Origin: Terriglobia bacterium
GTDB taxonomy: Bacteria; Acidobacteriota; Terriglobia; 20CM-2-55-15
DNA: 64,000 nt
NCBI GenBank assembly: GCA_963664115.2
Contig: CAXWPJ010000009.1
Coordinates: 992,001-1,056,000 of the forward strand
Reading direction: 5' to 3'
A program made the translations under genes and the position numbers. Of the stretch, positions 56,377 through 64,000 are shown in pieces. Under the pieces are notes generated by a model. That model did not search any database and was not told the DNA's origin. It saw nothing but the letters and a program-made list of their open reading frames with translations. Every line of letters begins with the position of its first letter. Position 1 is the stretch's first letter.

Positions 56377-56697
56377 ATGGCATTGGACCCTAAGCGGGTT
56401 GGCTTGGTTTCCATCGTCGCGGCTCTGCTCACCCCGAGCTGATGAGTGTTGGCGCCGGTCCTGGCAGGACTGGGTTTGTTTTCGTCGTTCAGCATCATGT
56501 GTCTGGTCTGGCTCGAACGACTGCAGCCGCTGTTCTTCGTGCTGGCCGTCGCAGCGCTGGCTTACCAGATCTGGCTCGTGCGCGGCAGTCCACTATTCTT
56601 ACGCACCTGGGCAGTCAAGACGGTGCTGGGCGTCACTCTGGCAGTAAATGGATTGATGATTACGGGCTGGGTCGTGATAACGATTCGGTATTGGTAA
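56377..56697 (+). CDS. MerT-like heavy-metal transport membrane protein, predicted selenoprotein with tandem Sec-Sec (TGA TGA at 56440-56445; 106 aa)
   Basis: AGGAGA RBS, then MALDPKRVGLVSIVAALLTPS-TGA-TGA-VLAPVLAGLG...WLERLQPLFFVLAVAALAY. The TGAs sit at the MerT 'S-CC-xxP-xL-xxLG' position. About 3 TM helices. A hairpin follows and an HMA gene lies downstream. Confidence 0.78.
56455..56473 (+). promoter_or_regulatory. Putative SECIS hairpin (MerT-like gene)
   Basis: CCGGUCCU-GGC-AGGACUGG. The loop is 17 and 20 nt after the two UGAs and has the same GGC apex as the propeller hairpins. Confidence 0.65.
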
Positions 56698-56701
56698 ACG
56701 A

Positions 56702-57217
56702 ATGTTGTTAGACATCATGAGAAAAAACATGAAGATGTATCAACTGATCTTGCTACCGTCCGCGCTTATGATTGCGTTGGCGATGCCAGCATTGGCTCAG
56801 GTCGAAATGGTTGCGATGCGCACCATAGGTATCGAGTGCGGTGTTTGCGCCGCCGTTTCCGAGATCAATCTCCGACGCATCGAGGGTGTGGATAAGGTAA
56901 CAATCAGCAAGTCCAACGAATCGGTAATGATTGCCTATGGCCCGGGCGCTCTTTTCCAACCCGAAGAGATTCGCGAGGTACTGGCGCCGCTTTTTGTCCA
57001 GATTAAGGTGTTCCAGGTCCGGGCGCGGGGAATTGTCCAGGAGCAGGACGGAAAACGGTTTTTCGTGGCGGGCAAAGACCGGTTTGTTCTTGCCCCGGCC
57101 TCCCCAGGTACCCCTGAAGTTCCCTCTGGGACTCCCGTGGTGATCGAAGCGGTCCTCGACGACACGCCGAATCCTATGGAACTGACCGTCCTGACCTTCA
57201 AATCGGTCGCGGAGTAA
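56702..57217 (+). CDS. Exported heavy-metal-associated (HMA/MerP-like) protein with a C-terminal extra domain
   Basis: Signal peptide, then IGIECGVCAAVSEINLRRIEGVDKVTIS (GxxCxxC...L...GV). Starts 4 nt after the MerT-like gene. Confidence 0.78.
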   Translation: MLLDIMRKNMKMYQLILLPSALMIALAMPALAQVEMVAMRTIGIECGVCAAVSEINLRRIEGVDKVTISKSNESVMIAYGPGALFQPEEIREVLAPLFVQIKVFQVRARGIVQEQDGKRFFVAGKDRFVLAPASPGTPEVPSGTPVVIEAVLDDTPNPMELTVLTFKSVAE

Positions 57218-57444
57218 GCAAGAAAGGGACGTACGCTTAAGAATTAGTTTGAACTCCATCAAGGCACAAACAACAGCTGAAAAAGCGACGCACACTCGGG
57301 ATTCAGAAAGCAGACGACAAAGACCAGCATTCGCCCAGATTTGCATTTCCTTTTCGATTCGGGCACGTGTTCAACGGCCTGAAAAAGATAAAGATCTACG
57401 TAGCTGACCGTACACGGCGAATCGCGAAACTTGGAGATTGGTTC

Positions 57445-58497
57445 ATGAGTACAACCCTCACGACAACGTTCAGGATCGCGCTCATATTCCTGAGTATGAC
57501 GATGGCGACGTTCCTAACCGCACAGACTCTGTTTACGACAAGCGACTATCGCCAGGATCGTGAGCAATGGACAGATCCCGCCTACTTCAACTTCAACACA
57601 TTGCGGCAGATCGTGAACTTGCACAGAAGCGAGAGCGACGCGGGCTCGGGGGCGGACACGTTCGACATAACGACTCCGTACGCTTACCAGACGTCTATGG
57701 AACAATACCAGGCGTGGCTCGAGGAGGCGAACGGAGGCACATCCCACACCCTGGAGACCCTGCCGGATTGGGACGGCAACTGGGGCGGCAATGGGAGCTG
57801 GTTTGCCGGAAACCAGGTTCAGGTCAGCACGGTCGTCGCTGCCCTCACGCCGCAGTACCAGGAATATTATGTGCAGCAGACGAAAGCCGAGGCTGAAGGT
57901 CGTGCCTGGTGGCCGTCTGCGTTCTGCCTTCCGGATGGCTTCGTCCGAGGGATTCAGACCCCCAACCAATTCATCGTCCGCCCGCAACAAGTCGTAATCA
58001 TTAACGGTGACGCGCTGCAGACCGAAAGCCAGATTCGTTGGATTCACAACGACGGCAGCGGGCATCTGCCCGAGGATCTGCATTATCCCAAGTGGCAGGG
58101 CGAATCGATCGGCTTCTGGGATGGCGATGCCCTCGTCGTACACACCAACCAGATCAAGCAGTGGAACGCCTCCCGGTCGATGTTGTTCGAGTGGAGCGAA
58201 CAAATGACGGCCGTGGAGCGCTACGAGCGCGTCGGTGATGAGATCATGGGCGAGGTCACACTCTACGATCCGGTAGCGTTCGTCGAGCCACTGCATGCAG
58301 ATTTCACGTTCGGACTCATAGACGACCCCGAGGTCAGGCCCGTGTACAACACATGTACCGACAGCGACGGACCTTCGACCAATGTGTATGTCACCGAAGA
58401 CGGCTTTATCGCGCAGCGGGTGCCCGGCGATCCTGGATACTGGGACGCCGGCGATCCCCGGCCCTGGGCGGCACATTTCGCCATTGGTGAAAATTGA
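57445..58497 (+). CDS. Conserved secreted hypothetical protein (DUF6152 partner family)
   Basis: LPDWDGNW...FCLPDG...IRWIHNDG...WQGESIGFWDGDALVVHT...YDPVAFVEP...TC. Related to 41214-41930. Confidence 0.72.
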   Translation: MSTTLTTTFRIALIFLSMTMATFLTAQTLFTTSDYRQDREQWTDPAYFNFNTLRQIVNLHRSESDAGSGADTFDITTPYAYQTSMEQYQAWLEEANGGTSHTLETLPDWDGNWGGNGSWFAGNQVQVSTVVAALTPQYQEYYVQQTKAEAEGRAWWPSAFCLPDGFVRGIQTPNQFIVRPQQVVIINGDALQTESQIRWIHNDGSGHLPEDLHYPKWQGESIGFWDGDALVVHTNQIKQWNASRSMLFEWSEQMTAVERYERVGDEIMGEVTLYDPVAFVEPLHADFTFGLIDDPEVRPVYNTCTDSDGPSTNVYVTEDGFIAQRVPGDPGYWDAGDPRPWAAHFAIGEN

Positions 58498-58561
58498 TGC
58501 CGGTTGCCAGGTGCTGTCTCGGTTCGAAAGAGATATAGATAATCAGGACTAGGAGAATGTA

Positions 58562-58933
58562 ATGAGGAAATTGGGAGCCATAGTTTTGCTAGCGACCGGA
58601 TTCGCATTCGGTATTGTTCCCTCGGCCGAAGCCCACCACTCACTGTCGGCGTTCGATTACACGACCGAAATCACCCTTGAGGGGACGGTCACGAAGTTCT
58701 TGTTCGGGAACCCACACACCTTTCTCCACATCGCTGTCACAGGTGAGGACGGCGAGGTTGTGGTGTGGGCCGCTGAGATGTCTTCGGTCCAGAACATGGC
58801 CCGTCGAGGCGTACGAGGGTCGACGTTCAAGGTCGGCGACGTGGTCACGCTCTCCGTGAATCCGATGAAGAGCGGCAGCCCGGGCGGCAAATACACCTCG
58901 GTCACTGCGGCCGACGGGAAGACTTACCAATAA
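58562..58933 (+). CDS. DUF6152-family protein
   Basis: AHHSLSAFD...EGTVTKFLFGNPH...WAAE...G...KVGDVV. Confidence 0.8.
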   Translation: MRKLGAIVLLATGFAFGIVPSAEAHHSLSAFDYTTEITLEGTVTKFLFGNPHTFLHIAVTGEDGEVVVWAAEMSSVQNMARRGVRGSTFKVGDVVTLSVNPMKSGSPGGKYTSVTAADGKTYQ

Positions 58934-58983
58934 GCCTGAACAGGGCAGTTCCCCAGTCAGCACCTGCCGGCACAGTGGAAAGA

Positions 58984-59014
58984 GTCAGAGAGGCGTCGCG
59001 AGGCGCTCTCTGAC
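58984..59014. terminator. Hairpin between convergent genes
   Basis: GTCAGAGAG...CTCTCTGAC, a 9-bp outer stem. Confidence 0.45.
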
Positions 59015-59083
59015 CCTACGTCTCCAGAATGATTCTGACACAAGCGTTGTTTTGCTGAGAGACGGTTTTCAAGTTATACCGCC

Positions 59084-59797
59084 TTAAGTTCCGAACCGGT
59101 ATCCGAGTCCGCGCACTGTAAAGATCAACCTCGGTTCGTTTGGTTCCGATTCGAGTTTCTGGCGCAGGCGCGCGACATGGACGTCGATGGTGCGCGTGCT
59201 CGTCATCGTGTCGTAATCCCACACCGCCTCGAGCAACTCGTCACGGGTCAAGGCTACGCCCTCGTTCTCGATAAAGAACCGAAGCAGTTGCATCTCCTTT
59301 GACGACAGCCGCACGAGTTCATTGTTATGGAATACCTGAGCGCTGCGAAAGTCGACTCGCAAGCTCCCGAATTCGACGACGTCAGGAAGGGCTTTCTTCT
59401 TTTGGGCCGGAGCCGCTCGACGCAACAGGGCCCGAATCCTGGCCAGCAACTCAATAAACTCGAACGGTTTCGTCAGGTAGTCGTCCGCGCCGTACTCGAG
59501 ACCGACGACCCGGTCGGTCACTTCTCCGCGCGCGGTCAGCATAAGGATCGGCGTTTCGATGCCGAGACCGCGAAGATCTCGAGCGATCTCGAACCCGTTC
59601 TTTCCGGGCAGCATGACATCCAGGATCGCCAGGTCGTGCTCGGCCGCTGCGGCCAATCTCGCGCCCTGATCTCCGTCCGTCGCCACCTGGATCTCGTAAC
59701 CTTCCCGGCGCAGCCGATCTGACAGCGCCAGCCGGAGCGACGCGTCATCTTCCACAACAAGAATCCGGCGTTTCCCGCCCCGACCACCGTCACCCAT
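59084..59797 (-). CDS. OmpR/PhoB-family response regulator
   Basis: ILVVEDD, LDVMLPGKNG, PILMLTARG, GADDYLTKPF, winged HTH TRTIDVHVARLRQKLE...TVRGLGY. Confidence 0.95.
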   Translation of the reverse strand: MGDGGRGGKRRILVVEDDASLRLALSDRLRREGYEIQVATDGDQGARLAAAAEHDLAILDVMLPGKNGFEIARDLRGLGIETPILMLTARGEVTDRVVGLEYGADDYLTKPFEFIELLARIRALLRRAAPAQKKKALPDVVEFGSLRVDFRSAQVFHNNELVRLSSKEMQLLRFFIENEGVALTRDELLEAVWDYDTMTSTRTIDVHVARLRQKLESEPNEPRLIFTVRGLGYRFGT

Positions 59798-61472
59798 GTC
59801 GAGTGTCGTTTCCCGGGCTGGCCACGGGCAGGTACACAGAAAACGCCGTCCCCGATCCGGACGTAGATGTCACTCCGATGCGTCCGCCATGCGCCTCAAC
59901 AATTTCCTTCACGAGACTCAAGCCGAGACCGGAGCCGCTCACTTGCGCGTCGCGAGCAAGCTGTCCGCGGTAGAACGGTTCGAAGATGTGACCCAGATCC
60001 GCTTTGTCTATACCGGGGCCTTCGTCCTCGACCCGAAATTCGATCTGTTCCCGGCCACGTCCATTGATTCGGCTGGCGGACACGCGGATTTTTCCGCCGG
60101 CACGCGTAAACTTCATCGCGTTCGCGACAAGGTTCCGTACCATGGACTTCAAGGCCTGCTCGTCACCCAGGACAGGGGGAAGATCGGCGTCGATGTTGCG
60201 TATAAGATGCGGGCCTTCGGAAGAGGATTCCCGCCATGCTTCCAGTTCATTATCGATTTCATTGTCGATGACGGCGTGAAGATCGATCGGGACGGACTGG
60301 TGCCGGAAGCGATCCGAGCGCATCGCAGAAAAACGCAACACGCTTTCGACAATGTTGCTGAGCCTGCGGCCCTCTCTGCTGATCGAGTCTCCGTAGCGTC
60401 GGGCCTGTGCGGCATCATCCACGACGCCGTCCGCCAGATTCTGGCTCAAGGAGCATATGCCGGCAATGGGCGTTCGCAGTTCGTGGGACACACCCGCAAC
60501 CAGCTCCATCTGCCGCTCCGCCATCGAGTGTGCCCGTTTAGTGGCGATGAGCAAGGGCACAACACTGGCGCCCAAAACGATCAAGGCTCCCAGGCTCAGC
60601 GCCAGATTGCGACGTCGGTACTGATCGACGAAAGCCTCCAGAGATCCCGCACGATGTTTGGCGGCGACGGCCCAGTTCGGACTGTCGCCATCGTCGAGCT
60701 CTCGCAAAATATCAGGTGCAGTCCTCTCGGTGGGCGAGGCGTCGGGTTTCGAGGTGTAGATGAGACTTCCATCCGCCGTATCGCCGACGTTCATGACCCA
60801 GACGTCGTAGTCGCGTTGGTCCTCGGGGCCGAAATGCTCCTGAACGACAAGCGGAATGAACCGTTCGACGAGGACCTTGCGATTCAGGAGAACGACGACC
60901 CACCCGTCGAACCGGCGATCGTTCTGGGCCTCGACGAGGACAACGGGCCCGTCAATCAACGACTGTCCTGTCAGTCTCCGCGCGGCACGGTTCTGGCTGC
61001 GCCCAGACCCATCCGACAGGCCCGCGAGCTGATCTCCCAGGGCCGTCAAACTGGAATCCCAGTCCGCAGCTTCCAGCCTTTCCCGCTCGAGGTTGAGGCG
61101 CCTCAGGCGAAATCGATCGCGTGTCTGGCCTGCCGCGTTTAGTTCCTCAACCCAGAAAACGTCCGTAATCAGCTCCGGGAAGGCGAACGACGCTGCCCAA
61201 TCACGGTACCCTTCGAGGATGTCCTCTTGTCCTTGGCGAAACGCACGCGGAACGCGAAACGCGGATTGGATACTGTCGAATTCCCGATCAAGATCGCGCA
61301 CGAACCCTTCGGCCGACGCTTCCAGGGTTCGTTCCCTCCCTTCACGTTCGAAGGCGCTGAGCTCATCAACCCACCGGTACTGCAAGACCGCCAGTACGAG
61401 AAGTACCAAGGCCGTAAGCCCGACGAGGAACGTCGTTCGTTGTGTGTTGCCAATGATTACGGATGGCTTCAT
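59790..61472 (-). CDS. Membrane sensor histidine kinase
   Basis: Two TMs flanking a periplasmic domain. H-box VSHELRTP, N-box NLVANAMKF, G1 VEDEGPGI, F-box IFEPFYR, G2 GSGLGLS. Confidence 0.95.
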   Translation of the reverse strand: MKPSVIIGNTQRTTFLVGLTALVLLVLAVLQYRWVDELSAFEREGRERTLEASAEGFVRDLDREFDSIQSAFRVPRAFRQGQEDILEGYRDWAASFAFPELITDVFWVEELNAAGQTRDRFRLRRLNLERERLEAADWDSSLTALGDQLAGLSDGSGRSQNRAARRLTGQSLIDGPVVLVEAQNDRRFDGWVVVLLNRKVLVERFIPLVVQEHFGPEDQRDYDVWVMNVGDTADGSLIYTSKPDASPTERTAPDILRELDDGDSPNWAVAAKHRAGSLEAFVDQYRRRNLALSLGALIVLGASVVPLLIATKRAHSMAERQMELVAGVSHELRTPIAGICSLSQNLADGVVDDAAQARRYGDSISREGRRLSNIVESVLRFSAMRSDRFRHQSVPIDLHAVIDNEIDNELEAWRESSSEGPHLIRNIDADLPPVLGDEQALKSMVRNLVANAMKFTRAGGKIRVSASRINGRGREQIEFRVEDEGPGIDKADLGHIFEPFYRGQLARDAQVSGSGLGLSLVKEIVEAHGGRIGVTSTSGSGTAFSVYLPVASPGNDTRHG

Positions 61473-61541
61473 CCCAAAAAGGCTCCAGAGACAGCTTAAC
61501 AGTTACGTGATCTGGAAATGTAACAGGAAGATCACAAGAGG

Positions 61542-61556
61542 GTAAAAGCTCGTAAA
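61542..61556 (+). promoter_or_regulatory. CpxR-type direct-repeat box
   Basis: GTAAA-AGCTC-GTAAA, an exact GTAAA-N5-GTAAA, in the divergent intergenic region between the kinase and TBDR 3. Confidence 0.55.
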
Positions 61557-61704
61557 TCCTTCGCTTTACAGTGCACTAAGTCTCATCCCTCGTGTAATCT
61601 CGTGGTATATAAATATGAAGCTCCCGAACTCGACCATTGCTGCCCGGAAGTCCGGCACCAGCCGTGGTAATCGCGAGGGAGTTGCCGGTGATTCCGGAGG
61701 ACAC

Positions 61705-64000
61705 ATGGATCAGCCCAGGCCCGAGAATCGATTCAGAGTTTTAGGCGCTGGTTGGATTGATGCTCTGCAGTTCTTGGGAGGCCGGTGTCGCTTGCCCTAC
61801 TTCCTGTTGCTACTCATGTTGGGCGTACCGCCGCAGACCGACGCGGCGTTTCAGGATACCTCTGGATCCGACCGTATTCGTGCGGGCCAGATGTTGCTCG
61901 AGGACGGGGTGGACGGGCTGTCCACTGTTCTTGCAGACGTCACCGCACCACCGCTGACCTTCGATCAGGAAGCGCAGATCCGGCTGCTTCACGAGACCTA
62001 TGACAGGCAACGGGTCGACCTGCTCGAAGACACGGGTGATGGCGACCCGGAAGTCATCGAACGCGCACTCGCCGAGCAATTGCTCCTGGCGGCGGCGAAG
62101 TTCCTCAACCCGGCGCAGCGTTTCGCGCTGGGCGGATTTCTGGAGGCGGAAGTCAACGCAGATCTGCCGGAGGACGAAAGCGAACTGAGGGAATACCTGC
62201 GCGACCTGACCAATGCGGTGTCGGGCCGGGACGGGGATTTCGAAGTCGATGGTTTTTCGGGGCGTCAGGGCCGGATGCCCAACCGGAACGAGATCCTCGA
62301 GATTCGGATCAACGACAATGCGTTCACGACGGAACAGAGCCGCCAGGGGCGGGGCCGGACCCAGATCATCACGCGCGGTGGGACCGGCAGTTTCAACGGA
62401 GATGGCACCTTCCAATTTGCCGACGAATCGCTCGACGCCCGCGATCCGTTTGCCAAGTTTCGTCCCCCGTATCAGACCCGCGACTTTGCAGTCAATCTGA
62501 GCGCGCCGGTCCTACAGAATCGGCTGACGCTGACCGGGAGCCTGCGGAACGAATTTAGCGAGGACGGTGATACGATCCGCGCTTTGACGCCTTCAGGACC
62601 GGTGAATGATGGCATCACGCGTCCCCAGCTCCAAAGGAACTATACGCTGCGGGCAACGACGCAGATCAACGACAACCACGCCCTGACTTTCAGCTTCACC
62701 TATGGCAGCGGGTACGATAATAATCGGGGTGTTGGCGGCTTTGGCCTGCCCGAGCAGGGTTCCGACAGGGAGGAGACCGACTACAATTTCCAAGTCCAGG
62801 AAACCGCCGTGTTGTCGCCGACGCTGAACAACGAGCTGCGATTTCGCTGGAATCGGGAGAAAGAAACAGCGGTCCCGTTTCAGAACGCGCCGCGTATCGT
62901 TGTCCGGGATGCTTTCAGTACCGGTGGATCGACGGACCGGGGGACGGAATCGGACGACTCGTTCGAATTCGGCCAGCTTCTGATGTACACGGGCCAGAAC
63001 CTGTCGATCAAGACCGGCTTTGACGGTCAGTACAGCCGCGAGCGCTCCGAATCGTTCGACAACTTCAACGGGACGTTCACGTTTTCAGATTTGGAATCCT
63101 TTGTAGCGGGAGAGCCGATCACCTACAGCGTCAATCAAGGCGACCCGTTGCTGGAAGTCAATCAGTTCGAGGCCGCCGGGTTCATCCAGGGCGATTTTCG
63201 CGTCACGCCGCGCTTGACAGTCGGTATGGGCCTTCGATATGAAGCGCAGTCCAATCTCGATGACTCGAACAACCTGGATCCGCGGGTCGGATTCGCCTAC
63301 CACCTGGGAGGTACAACCGTCCTGCGGGGTGGATCCGGCACCTTCCACGAACGTCTTCCGACCTATATTCTGGGGAACTTTCTCCGCTTCGACGGCGAGC
63401 GGCAGCGCACGCTGATTGTCCGGAATCCGTCCTACCCCGATCCGTTCCAGCAAGGCGATACGAGGGTGAGGGTTCCTTCTTCCATCCGAGTCCGGTCGTC
63501 GGATATCGCGGCGCCCTACAACTGGCATTCCGAAATAAGTGTGGAGACGACCCTGCCGTCCGGACTCCGGTTGACGGGAGCGTACCGCTTCGTCCGTGGT
63601 ATCCACCAGTTCCGTACTCGCAACCTGAATGCTCCTATGGATATCACCTCTCCGACACCCCGCTCCTGCACAGCGGAACAGGACGCGACCACCTGCGTGC
63701 GCCCCCTGCCCGGCAGTGGGGATATCGTCCAGCTCGAATCGACCGGCAAGGCTAGCGATCATCAATTTCGTCTTGCCTTCCAGCAACGGCTGAGCTTCCT
63801 CAACATTCGCGGCAACTACACGGCGCGGTCGTCCTACAGCGACACGAGCGGGCCGTTCGGGGAGCCCGCCGACAACTACGATTTTAGCCTGGAGTGGGGA
63901 CCGGAAGACGAGGCCCATAGCATAGACACGAGCGTCAACCTGCGGCTGCCGTGGAACATCGACGCCAATACGCAGTTCAACTGGTCGAGCGGAGAGCCTT
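61705..64000 (+). CDS. TonB-dependent receptor-like protein with an N-terminal Spy/CpxP-like helical domain; runs off the window end
   Basis: My frame-1 translation from ATG 61705 (GGAGG RBS), absent from the ORF track because it has no stop in the window: LPEDESEL...VDGFSG...EIRINDNAFTTE...TQIITRGGTGSFNG...DESLDARDPF...GLRYEAQ...DPRVGFAY. Confidence 0.85.
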   Translation, partial: MDQPRPENRFRVLGAGWIDALQFLGGRCRLPYFLLLLMLGVPPQTDAAFQDTSGSDRIRAGQMLLEDGVDGLSTVLADVTAPPLTFDQEAQIRLLHETYDRQRVDLLEDTGDGDPEVIERALAEQLLLAAAKFLNPAQRFALGGFLEAEVNADLPEDESELREYLRDLTNAVSGRDGDFEVDGFSGRQGRMPNRNEILEIRINDNAFTTEQSRQGRGRTQIITRGGTGSFNGDGTFQFADESLDARDPFAKFRPPYQTRDFAVNLSAPVLQNRLTLTGSLRNEFSEDGDTIRALTPSGPVNDGITRPQLQRNYTLRATTQINDNHALTFSFTYGSGYDNNRGVGGFGLPEQGSDREETDYNFQVQETAVLSPTLNNELRFRWNREKETAVPFQNAPRIVVRDAFSTGGSTDRGTESDDSFEFGQLLMYTGQNLSIKTGFDGQYSRERSESFDNFNGTFTFSDLESFVAGEPITYSVNQGDPLLEVNQFEAAGFIQGDFRVTPRLTVGMGLRYEAQSNLDDSNNLDPRVGFAYHLGGTTVLRGGSGTFHERLPTYILGNFLRFDGERQRTLIVRNPSYPDPFQQGDTRVRVPSSIRVRSSDIAAPYNWHSEISVETTLPSGLRLTGAYRFVRGIHQFRTRNLNAPMDITSPTPRSCTAEQDATTCVRPLPGSGDIVQLESTGKASDHQFRLAFQQRLSFLNIRGNYTARSSYSDTSGPFGEPADNYDFSLEWGPEDEAHSIDTSVNLRLPWNIDANTQFNWSSGEP

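Noticed and set aside
56377-57217. Canonical mer mercury-resistance operon
   Set aside because: No merR, merA or merB is nearby, and no clear 19-bp-spacer MerR promoter is visible.
1-64000. Alternative genetic code (UGA = Trp or Gly) as the explanation for the in-frame TGAs
   Set aside because: TGA is the clear terminator of many genes here (higB, the MxaK-like gene, DUF58, DUF1553, amidohydrolase 2, propeller 2 itself), and Trp is encoded by TGG.

Overview
A GC-rich bacterial window with about 45 genes. It is probably from an Acidobacteriota-like diderm, inferred only from gene content: Oar-type TonB-dependent receptors, DUF6152 pairs, DUF5916 proteins and DUF1549/1553/1501. The main result is a set of probable selenoproteins that the ORF track splits at UGA. 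(1) Two paralogous secreted NHL-type beta-propeller genes (1836-3965 and 12503-14569, minus strand) each carry an in-frame TGA at the same position (N-[UGA]-V-x-H-P-Q-I). Each TGA is followed by a conserved hairpin with a compensatory base change, consistent with a bacterial SECIS. These genes flank an mxaK/L/R/S/A/C-like MoxR-VWA maturation operon and a thioredoxin-TPR gene, and the whole block lies between 43-bp direct repeats. (2) A MerT-like membrane protein (56377-56697) has TGA-TGA where MerT has Cys-Cys, followed by a hairpin with the same GGC apex, and lies next to a CxxC HMA/MerP-like gene. The window also contains a HigBA toxin-antitoxin pair with a half attC-like site, gene debris with an IS3 remnant, three DUF5916 proteins, a 7-heme cytochrome-TPR and other cytochromes c, and secreted hydrolases. 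Three TonB-dependent receptors are present; one has a Spy/CpxP-like N-terminus and is divergent from an OmpR-family two-component system with a perfect CpxR-type box. No rRNA, tRNA, CRISPR array or selA/selB/selC/selD gene was recognised. All family assignments come from motif recognition by eye; no database search was run.
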